A model generated the notes under the pieces. It was given only the letters and a program-made list of their open reading frames with translations, was not told the DNA's origin and made no database searches. From the IMG/VR virus record IMGVR_UViG_3300037502_003770, positions 53,643-117,642 of that record: 64,000 bases of DNA; one strand, 5' to 3'. Positions 57,554-64,000 of this stretch are shown here, piece after piece. Position 1 is the first letter of the stretch; each line of letters opens with the position of its first letter. This DNA comes from a virus. The translations under genes and the position numbers were made by a program.

Positions 57554-57907
57554 ATGAATATGAAAACAGAAGTTAATGAATGGAAAGATGGTAGGTTTGC
57601 TATTTTTGATTCCGAAACAAAAAAGATTCTTGATGATGCACAAGGTTATGGTTATAAAACCAAACAAAATGCTTTAAAAGCTATGTGGTATAAATTTAAA
57701 GGTGGTAAAGAAAAGAAAGATGAAGAAAAGGAATTATTTAATAAATGGATAAAAGAAAATAAAAAAGTTTATAATACAATAAATGATTATTTTGAATCAG
57801 CTTTTAAAGAAATAGCAAGAGGTGAAACAACTATTAAAGAAATTTATCAAGAAATAGAAGAAGAATTTAATATTAAAATACCTGATTATGTAATTAAAAA
57901 TATGTAA
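57554..57907 (+). CDS. hypothetical protein
   Basis: 117-aa ORF. Confidence 0.4.
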   Translation: MNMKTEVNEWKDGRFAIFDSETKKILDDAQGYGYKTKQNALKAMWYKFKGGKEKKDEEKELFNKWIKENKKVYNTINDYFESAFKEIARGETTIKEIYQEIEEEFNIKIPDYVIKNM

Positions 57908-57913
57908 CCTTTT

Positions 57914-58309
57914 ATGAATAAAATAACTATTTTTAATGAAAATTTTATTTATTTAGAAATGATTATTTCTAATATGGAATATTTAAATATAACAAATTTA
58001 TATATAAATAAATACACTTTAAAATCAATGGATAAAGAAGATGAAAATGTTGTCTCATTTATAGCATCTATTTTATTAGATAGATTAAATTTATTTAAAG
58101 ATTGGTATTTTTATTTCTATAAAATAACAGTAGAAAGTGAATTTAGATATATAAGTTTTGTATATAATACAATAATGAATCAACAAGAATATTATGATAT
58201 TATATATAAGATATATTTAAAAGATAAATCTATTATTGAAAAATATAGAGAAATTTTAACACCTAAAGTTGTCAGAAATCTTTTAGAAAATAATAAAATT
58301 ATTTCTTAA
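57914..58309 (+). CDS. FamA protein
   Basis: MNKITIFNENFIYLEMI; C-terminal YLKDKSIIEKY is DUF4116-like. Confidence 0.5.
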   Translation: MNKITIFNENFIYLEMIISNMEYLNITNLYINKYTLKSMDKEDENVVSFIASILLDRLNLFKDWYFYFYKITVESEFRYISFVYNTIMNQQEYYDIIYKIYLKDKSIIEKYREILTPKVVRNLLENNKIIS

Positions 58310-58360
58310 CTAAAAAGATATATTTCTGTAATATAAATCAAACTAAACAAAAACGGCAAT
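58302..58360 (+). promoter_or_regulatory. TPC cassette, partial (leader type 1)
   Basis: ttaactaaaaagatatatttctgtaatataaatcaaactaaacaaaaacggcaatATG. Confidence 0.45.
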
Positions 58361-58678
58361 ATGAAAAAAATCTTATTCTTAATATTATTTTCTATAATAA
58401 GTGTTTCTTTTTACTCATGTGGTAAACAAAGGAAAAGTAACACAAAAAATTATACTTTAATTTATGAAGCACCTTGTTTACCTGAGTATATTATTTTTTA
58501 TGATGAAACATTAAAAGAAACGGTAACATATTCTTCACATAAAGCAAAAAATGATAATATAACTGAATTTACTTGTCAGTATGTTAAAATTTCATTAAAA
58601 CAAAAATATTCTGAAATAATAATCAAAGATACTATTGGTTATCAAAAAATGTTTTACACTCGTGATTTACAATATTAA
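58361..58678 (+). CDS. lipoprotein
   Basis: MKKILFLILFSIISVSFYSCGK lipobox. Confidence 0.5.
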   Translation: MKKILFLILFSIISVSFYSCGKQRKSNTKNYTLIYEAPCLPEYIIFYDETLKETVTYSSHKAKNDNITEFTCQYVKISLKQKYSEIIIKDTIGYQKMFYTRDLQY

Positions 58679-58680
58679 TA

Positions 58681-58787
58681 ATATGTAAGCGTAGTAAAGC
58701 TCCGTTAATGATAGGTTAAACTAAGGGTTTGGCTCTATGTGCGAGAAACCCTGAAAGACCCGAAAAACGCTTACATATTTTTATTTT
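58681..58787 (+). ncRNA. candidate structured small RNA or palindromic element bounded by a 12-bp perfect inverted repeat
   Basis: ATATGTAAGCGT...ACGCTTACATAT encloses ~83 nt of locally GC-enriched sequence with an internal agggtt/aaccct hairpin, followed by TTTTATTTT; non-coding and intergenic. Confidence 0.35.
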
Positions 58788-58828
58788 AAATAAAATTCTT
58801 TACTTAAAAAAACTTTAAGAATATTATC

Positions 58829-59824
58829 ATGAAACTAACAAAAAAAGTAGAAGAAAAAATAATAGCGGTTTATACTGAAAAAAATGGTTTCACCAAAGTA
58901 ATGAAGGATGGAAAAATGAATCTTCTAAATAAAGAAGGTGTATTAATTTCAGATACTTGGTATGATAATATTTTTTATAATGGACTAAATAATTTTTTGA
59001 TTGTAGAAGTTGAAGACAAATATAATTTTTTAAATGATGATTTTAAATTAATTTCAGATACTTGGTATGATAATATTTCAGGTTTTAATAATAATTATTG
59101 TTTTGTTTATTCTGATACGATAGATAAACAAAATCTTATTAATAAAGAAGGTAAAATTTTATTAGATACTTGGTGTGATTATATTGAAAATCTTAGTTAC
59201 CTTAACGATAAAGATTTCTTTATAAAAGTACATATTGATGGTAAAACTAATATCTTTAATGAAAATTTAAATTTACTGTCAAATGTTTGGTATGATTCAA
59301 TATATATTGTAAATGATTATAACATTAGAAAAAGTAGAAAAAATACAACACATACTATATTAGTAGAGCGTGATAAAAAATATAATTTTATTAATAGAGA
59401 TGGTAAATTATTATCTGACACTTGGTTTGATAATGCTTTCAATTTTACATTTGAGTTTGCTAGTGTAACTCTTAATGATAAAGTTAATTTTATTAATAGA
59501 GATGGTAAATTATTATCTGACACTTGGTTTGATAATGCTTCTAATTTTCACTATAATAATTATACTTTATCTGAAGTTGTATTAAATAATAAAGTTAATT
59601 TTATTAATAGAGACGGTAAACTAGTATCTGACACTTGGTTTGATTATGTTAACCTTCATCCTGATAGTGAGTATGGTATTGTAAGAATTAATGATAAATT
59701 TGGTTTAATAAATAAAAAATGTTTATTGGAAACAGAAGTAATCTATGATGAAATAAAACGAATTAGTATGTCTGATAAGTTTGAATTTCATTTAAATGGT
59801 GAAGTTTATGTTCAAGAAGAATAA
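58829..59824 (+). CDS. repeat protein with about 9 tandem (K/D)x(N/V)FIN(R/K)DGKL(L/V)SDTW(F/Y)DN units (WG-repeat-like)
   Basis: Clear ~25-aa periodic repeat; resembles WG/KWG-type repeats. Confidence 0.5.
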   Translation: MKLTKKVEEKIIAVYTEKNGFTKVMKDGKMNLLNKEGVLISDTWYDNIFYNGLNNFLIVEVEDKYNFLNDDFKLISDTWYDNISGFNNNYCFVYSDTIDKQNLINKEGKILLDTWCDYIENLSYLNDKDFFIKVHIDGKTNIFNENLNLLSNVWYDSIYIVNDYNIRKSRKNTTHTILVERDKKYNFINRDGKLLSDTWFDNAFNFTFEFASVTLNDKVNFINRDGKLLSDTWFDNASNFHYNNYTLSEVVLNNKVNFINRDGKLVSDTWFDYVNLHPDSEYGIVRINDKFGLINKKCLLETEVIYDEIKRISMSDKFEFHLNGEVYVQEE

Positions 59825-59827
59825 AAA

Positions 59828-59906
59828 TTCAAAAAGACTTCTTTTTTAACAGAAAGAGGTCTTTTTCTGTAATATAGATAATTTTAACCTTTAAATAAAT
59901 CAGTAA
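59828..59906 (+). promoter_or_regulatory. TPC cassette (leader type 2)
   Basis: aagacttcttt-tttaacag-aaagaggtctt (one G-U), then tttctgtaatatagataattttaaccttta. Confidence 0.6.
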
Positions 59907-60521
59907 ATGACAAAATATAATGAAGTAAAGAAGTTTTTCAATAATGAAATATTTTCTCAATTACCTTCTCATCATTTTACAAGTATTGTGGGTAGAACCA
60001 CTAAATTTGCTAAAGTTATAGCAAACCTTAACCCTACTTTGGTTATACCTGGAGAACATATTGATAAATTAAAAACTTTTATTTCATATATAGTATGGTT
60101 AGACTCTTCACCAACTAAATATGACCGATTTGGTGGTATTCTTACTGTGGAATATTTAGAAGAAATAATGAGAGTTATTGTTTATGAAATAATATTTTGT
60201 AAACAAATGAAACTTGACAATTCTTTTAGGAAACCTGAAAATAATACTTACTATAGATTTGAGATTGATAGTAATGAATCTTTAAATACAGAAGATTATA
60301 TATCTATCTTAGATAGTTTACCTGATTTGGAAGCTATAAAATCTGAAGAAAATGAAAATGTAATATTTGAAAAAATATTTTTACTATCACAAGAATTATA
60401 TAACCCTCAGCATCCAATAAGAAGATTTTTATATTCTAAATTTTCTTTATATGAGATACAAACAGTTATATCTGATATCATACTAACTAATGATTATGAG
60501 AAAATTCAATATAAATTATAA
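59907..60521 (+). CDS. hypothetical protein
   Basis: 204-aa ORF. Confidence 0.45.
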   Translation: MTKYNEVKKFFNNEIFSQLPSHHFTSIVGRTTKFAKVIANLNPTLVIPGEHIDKLKTFISYIVWLDSSPTKYDRFGGILTVEYLEEIMRVIVYEIIFCKQMKLDNSFRKPENNTYYRFEIDSNESLNTEDYISILDSLPDLEAIKSEENENVIFEKIFLLSQELYNPQHPIRRFLYSKFSLYEIQTVISDIILTNDYEKIQYKL

Positions 60522-60526
60522 TAATT

Positions 60527-60748
60527 ATGACTTTAGATAACTGTTTACCTGATGGCTACGTTCCAATTTCAAATGTATCTTTTTCTGAAAGAATGAAGAT
60601 TATTAATAATATATTTATCCCAACAGAAGAAATTTATATTAGAAAAGAAACTTCTTGGGAAAGAATAACTTTTTATAAACAAGTTGTCTTTGAATATGAA
60701 ATAGCTATTTCAGGTAGAGATTTTTTTGAAGTAAACAAACTTAAATAA
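60527..60748 (+). CDS. small hypothetical protein
   Basis: 73-aa ORF. Confidence 0.35.
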   Translation: MTLDNCLPDGYVPISNVSFSERMKIINNIFIPTEEIYIRKETSWERITFYKQVVFEYEIAISGRDFFEVNKLK

Positions 60749-60771
60749 TTATCACCTTTAAAACATTTATT

Positions 60772-61356
60772 ATGCAAAAAGTTAAACTAACATTATTTGA
60801 CAATGAATTTAGATTTGGTGAACCTACTAAATTTTATGAAGTCAAAAAAGAATATTATTTCCTATCAAATAGGAGTTCTACTGAGATAAAAGAAATTTTT
60901 GCAAAATCAAATGAATTAACAGGACTTGATTTTGAAAAACTCTTTTTAAGAAGAAATGAATATAATAGACGATATACTTTAAATAAAGATGAAATTTCAA
61001 TTCTTGAAGAAAACGGTATTGATTTTTCAAAAGTTCTTAGTACTTTTTTTTATTCTCACATGATATTTTTAGATTTAAGTCGTGATGGTGAAGGTGGTTA
61101 TGTTTTTAAAGAATATGATTCAATAAAATTATTTGTTGAATATGTAAAATTATCAGACCCCGAAATAATTTTAGAACTAGTTGATGGGTATGATAAATTA
61201 TTTAAAGACAGTAATAATCAGAAAATATGGGATGAATATTCAAAATTATCCGATTCTGAAACAATAATTAGATTGATTGAACCATACTCAAATGAGTATG
61301 AAAATATTGATGTTTCTTTTATATTATGGTTAGCTAGTATTTATAATTATTCATAA
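60772..61356 (+). CDS. hypothetical protein
   Basis: 194-aa ORF. Confidence 0.45.
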   Translation: MQKVKLTLFDNEFRFGEPTKFYEVKKEYYFLSNRSSTEIKEIFAKSNELTGLDFEKLFLRRNEYNRRYTLNKDEISILEENGIDFSKVLSTFFYSHMIFLDLSRDGEGGYVFKEYDSIKLFVEYVKLSDPEIILELVDGYDKLFKDSNNQKIWDEYSKLSDSETIIRLIEPYSNEYENIDVSFILWLASIYNYS

Positions 61357-61404
61357 TTAGTACTAAATTAAAGATAAACAATATTTTATAAACAAAATTA
61401 AATA

Positions 61405-61490
61405 AAAATTCTTTTCTTTCAATAATACTTCTTTTTTAACAGAAAGAAGTATTTTTTGTAATATAGATAATCTTAAACTTTAAATCATTT
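61405..61490 (+). promoter_or_regulatory. TPC cassette (leader type 2; stem variant with a compensatory T-A pair)
   Basis: ttcttttctttcaataatacttcttttttaacagaaagaagtattttttgtaatatagataatcttaaacttta. Confidence 0.6.
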
Positions 61491-61871
61491 ATGAAAAACA
61501 TACTTCTTAAAATAAGTATATTCTTAATGAATATAAATTTCTTGAAAGGAAAAATATCTTTTTCATTAAAAAGTGATATACTAAAGAAATATTTTGCACC
61601 TTATGTTTCTCGTTCTTTTGAAAAACAATCTTTTAACCCTATAATTATTTTTAAAGAATATGATAACGCAATCATTGAATATGGTAAAATATTTAATGAT
61701 GATTATAGTTCTCCTGATTTATGGTCTAGGTATAAAGGTTATCAAAAAGGTAGATATAATTATAATAAATCCGAATATAAAGGAAATTTTATACAAAATA
61801 TTTGTTTAAGAATTATTATTTTTAATGTGAAAATACCTATTTTAAGGAAAAGATTTGTATATAAAAGTTAA
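61491..61871 (+). CDS. hypothetical protein
   Basis: 126-aa ORF. Confidence 0.4.
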   Translation: MKNILLKISIFLMNINFLKGKISFSLKSDILKKYFAPYVSRSFEKQSFNPIIIFKEYDNAIIEYGKIFNDDYSSPDLWSRYKGYQKGRYNYNKSEYKGNFIQNICLRIIIFNVKIPILRKRFVYKS

Positions 61872-61914
61872 ACAGTTTAATAGTACTGAAATACGTCTGA
61901 TAAAATTATTAATC

Positions 61915-61981
61915 TCAAAAATACTTCTTTTAACAGAAAGAAGTATATTTTGTAATATAGATAATCTTAACCTTTATCAAA
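61915..61981 (+). promoter_or_regulatory. TPC cassette (leader type 2; shortened loop)
   Basis: aaaaatacttcttttaacagaaagaagtatattttgtaatatagataatcttaaccttta. Confidence 0.55.
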
Positions 61982-62287
61982 ATGAATAGAAAAACAGAAC
62001 TTCATGAAGAATTAAAATCTTTATTTGAAAATAAACTTAAAGAAGATAGGGATTTTAAACTATCTTTTGACGAACAAGAAGTACCATTCACATTAGAAGT
62101 AAAATATACGGGTAGTAATGAAGTAACACAATTTAAAACATATATAAAATCATTTAGTTGGTATGGATTTTTAATGTGTGATTTTTATACTTTACCTGAA
62201 GATGAAAATTTTAAAGATGGTTTTTGTCAGATAATTGTTGATTACACAGAAGAACAATTAGAATATTTTATAAGCAAACTTAAATAA
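61982..62287 (+). CDS. hypothetical protein
   Basis: 101-aa ORF. Confidence 0.4.
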   Translation: MNRKTELHEELKSLFENKLKEDRDFKLSFDEQEVPFTLEVKYTGSNEVTQFKTYIKSFSWYGFLMCDFYTLPEDENFKDGFCQIIVDYTEEQLEYFISKLK

Positions 62288-62291
62288 AATT

Positions 62292-62372
62292 CTTTTCCTT
62301 TCAAAAATACTTCTTTTTTAACAGAAAGAAGTATTTTTTGTAATATAGATAATCTTAACCTTTAGAACATTT
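62292..62372 (+). promoter_or_regulatory. TPC cassette (leader type 2)
   Basis: ttcttttcctttcaaaaatacttcttttttaacagaaagaagtattttttgtaatatagataatcttaacctttag. Confidence 0.6.
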
Positions 62373-62813
62373 ATGAAAAAAGATTCATTTGAAGTAATAA
62401 TTACTGGTACTAATAAAGAAGGTAATAAGCAAACTTTTAATTATCATAATATTAGTATATCAGGTTATGGTAATTATGTTGAAAATAACTTTTCTTTTTG
62501 GAAAAAGATAATTCATTTATTATCATCTCTTTTTTTAGGGAAAATGTATTTTATTAATTCTGATTTTAAGTTTAAATTACTGGCTCATCTAATGATGTTG
62601 GATAATGCTATTAAATTAAAAGAGTTAAGAAATATGAGTTTAAAGTTAATACCAACTGTATCAGATTTTCTTGATATAAATTTTTATTATCAAGAAATAC
62701 TTGAAACTAAAGGTATAACTTATGGTGAAGTCTTTTGGATTAAAAATAAAAATAACTTTGATACATTAGCTTTATGGTTTAATTCAACTGTATCTAAAAA
62801 TCTCTCAAAATAA
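62373..62813 (+). CDS. hypothetical protein
   Basis: 146-aa ORF. Confidence 0.4.
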   Translation: MKKDSFEVIITGTNKEGNKQTFNYHNISISGYGNYVENNFSFWKKIIHLLSSLFLGKMYFINSDFKFKLLAHLMMLDNAIKLKELRNMSLKLIPTVSDFLDINFYYQEILETKGITYGEVFWIKNKNNFDTLALWFNSTVSKNLSK

Positions 62814-62821
62814 AAATCTTT

Positions 62822-63112
62822 ATGCAAAGAATATATCATTTTAGTTTAGTAAAATCTTTAGATGAAAGTAAAAAACCTTTCAAAAAAATAACTAGACAGT
62901 ACGCAAGTATTCCTTTGTCTGATAATGATTTATTATCAAAGTTATTATCATCTTCATTTAAAAATGATAGTGAAATAAAAATTGATTCAATAAAATCATT
63001 TATTTCTTTGTTAAAGAAAGAATTAAATATAAAAGATGTTATTGAGTTTTTTGAAACTACCGTAGAATTATTATCTTCTTCAGAAAAACTATCTCTTGAA
63101 ATAAACTATTAA
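62822..63112 (+). CDS. hypothetical protein
   Basis: 96-aa ORF. Confidence 0.4.
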   Translation: MQRIYHFSLVKSLDESKKPFKKITRQYASIPLSDNDLLSKLLSSSFKNDSEIKIDSIKSFISLLKKELNIKDVIEFFETTVELLSSSEKLSLEINY

Positions 63113-63116
63113 AAAA

Positions 63117-63710
63117 ATGGAAAACATAAAAAGTTATAAGAATAGTTTATTACTATCTATTTTAGATAGTTTTAATTATTTAGCTACACTTAATAGTAAT
63201 TCTATTAATAGTGTATATATTTCTAATAATAAGATTTCATTACCTTGTGATTATAATACAATTACATTATATTTAGATGATACTCAAGAAGGTAGTTTAT
63301 TAGATAAGTTATATTTTTATACAAATTCATCTCTTCAAGGAAATCTTTTAGATTTACAAGTTGAAACTATTCATCAATTTAAAGATGTTTTATCTGATAT
63401 GGTTTTACATAAAAAAGATTTAATCCGTAGTATTGAAATTCTTTTTAATGGTAAATCTAAAAAACTTAATACTATTCAAGAAATAGGAATTAAAGAAAAT
63501 GATTTACTAATAGATTTTGATTGGGATGGTAACGTTTATCATTGTAATCGCATTATTAGTTATGGTCAATATGAAAAGAATATTTATATTGAAATATATA
63601 TTGTTGATAATGGAAATAGTTATAGAGTACCATTATCAATAAGTAATTTATCGATTGATACTTTAATTAAAGTATATCATTACTTAAACAATTTAAACAT
63701 TTCCTTATAA
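63117..63710 (+). CDS. hypothetical protein
   Basis: 197-aa ORF. Confidence 0.45.
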   Translation: MENIKSYKNSLLLSILDSFNYLATLNSNSINSVYISNNKISLPCDYNTITLYLDDTQEGSLLDKLYFYTNSSLQGNLLDLQVETIHQFKDVLSDMVLHKKDLIRSIEILFNGKSKKLNTIQEIGIKENDLLIDFDWDGNVYHCNRIISYGQYEKNIYIEIYIVDNGNSYRVPLSISNLSIDTLIKVYHYLNNLNISL

Positions 63711-63724
63711 TAATCCTTTCCTTA

Positions 63725-64000
63725 TGAAAAAACTTATTTTTACAATACTAATTTTATTCTTAGGAATAAATCTTTATGCTCAAAAAACTCATATTATAAA
63801 AGAAGATACTGCTTTTATATATGTGGATTCTAAAGCAACGTTAGCTGAACTACAAGAAGAAAATAAATCTTTAAAAGTAAATATTGTTATTTTAAATAAT
63901 AATATTAAAGATTTACAAAATGAAATAAAAGAGAAAGAAAATGAACTTTATAGTATTATAACAACAATGTTATTGATTATTATTTTAATTTTCTTTCATA
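63725..64000 (+). CDS. secreted hypothetical protein (partial, runs off window end)
   Basis: ATG 63725 MKKLIFTILILFLGINLYAQ signal peptide; frame open to the window end. Confidence 0.4.

Noticed and set aside
58681-58787. tRNA or tmRNA-like gene in the GC-rich palindromic element
   Set aside because: No cloverleaf could be drawn, with no 7-bp acceptor stem closing on a T-arm. It is kept only as a candidate structured RNA or MITE.
3764-59523. Minus-strand short ORFs in the track (3764..4012, 4274..4555, 6886..7083, 7602..7808, 11670..11915, 12057..12344, 12538..12732, 17827..18057, 22909..23103, 25018..25344, 26493..26804, 33541..33735, 40072..40275, 45515..45736, 59317..59523) and overlapping + strand ORF 2412..2957 upstream part
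   Set aside because: All are embedded antisense in longer + strand genes (or, for 22909 and 33541, inside TnpB-like genes), have low-complexity F/L/I/S-rich translations typical of chance ORFs in AT-rich DNA, and lack motifs.
45255-62372. Precise -33/-7 (TTTG / TAnnTTTG) Bacteroidota promoter assignment inside the TPC cassette
   Set aside because: A TTTG is present at the end of the T-run, but no clean TAnnTTTG at the expected spacing could be found. The promoter call stays generic.
1-64000. Giant-virus (Mimiviridae-like) origin, suggested by extreme AT-richness, DUF4116-like repeats, TnpB genes and hairpins after genes
   Set aside because: Lipoprotein lipoboxes, an OmpA peptidoglycan-binding domain, an OMP beta-barrel, ClpS, a NitT/TauT ABC importer and hairpin+T-run intrinsic terminators point to a Gram-negative bacterium, probably Bacteroidota given the absence of Shine-Dalgarno sequences.
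1-64000. Alternative genetic code (TGA=Trp, Mollicutes-like), given the AT-richness and lipoproteins
   Set aside because: Recognisable proteins (Pth, ClpS, ABC ATPase, methyltransferase) are full-length under the standard code and several end in TGA. The OmpA domain argues against a wall-less mollicute.

Overview
Very AT-rich bacterial chromosome segment (GC not computed; visibly well under 30%). Genes are densely packed and almost all on the + strand. Gram-negative, Bacteroidota-like signals: no Shine-Dalgarno sequences before starts, A-rich leaders, lipoprotein signal peptides ending in -SC, OmpA-domain and beta-barrel outer-membrane proteins, and hairpin+T-run intrinsic terminators. Recognisable genes: peptidyl-tRNA hydrolase, ClpS, a NitT/TauT-type ABC permease and ATPase, an AAA-family ATPase, a beta-class N4C/N6A DNA methyltransferase, an Rnl2-like RNA ligase fused to a tRNA-binding OB domain, a metallophosphoesterase, an SPFH lipoprotein, a YqeY/GatB-domain protein, and tRNA-Met(CAT). 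The window is dominated by unexplained structure. (1) About 40 paralogs of a family I call FamA, defined by an N-terminal motif of the form M-x-I-x-I-F-N-N-N-F-F-Y-x-E. FamA-long members (160-190 aa) carry a C-terminal DUF4116-like repeat. FamA-short members (55-100 aa) end in NLLNLKYYL and sit in tandem arrays of roughly 200-bp units joined by overlapping stop/start codons (ATGA, TAATG). (2) A second tandem family of nine ~90-aa proteins with a YFLPFKI core, which I call FamC. (3) Four TnpB-type (IS200/IS605 OrfB-like) elements on the minus strand. One is a classic zinc-finger TnpB. Three are near-identical paralogs of about 440 aa with no zinc-finger insertion in RuvC-III. All four share one left end, abut FamA gene 3' ends, and sit next to the loop half of a repeated terminator hairpin. 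(4) A repeated ~70-nt cassette of terminator hairpin, promoter-like block and conserved leader (TPC), present at least ten times and showing compensatory stem changes. (5) A ~107-nt GC-enriched element bounded by a perfect 12-bp inverted repeat, a candidate small RNA. No CRISPR array and no rRNA.
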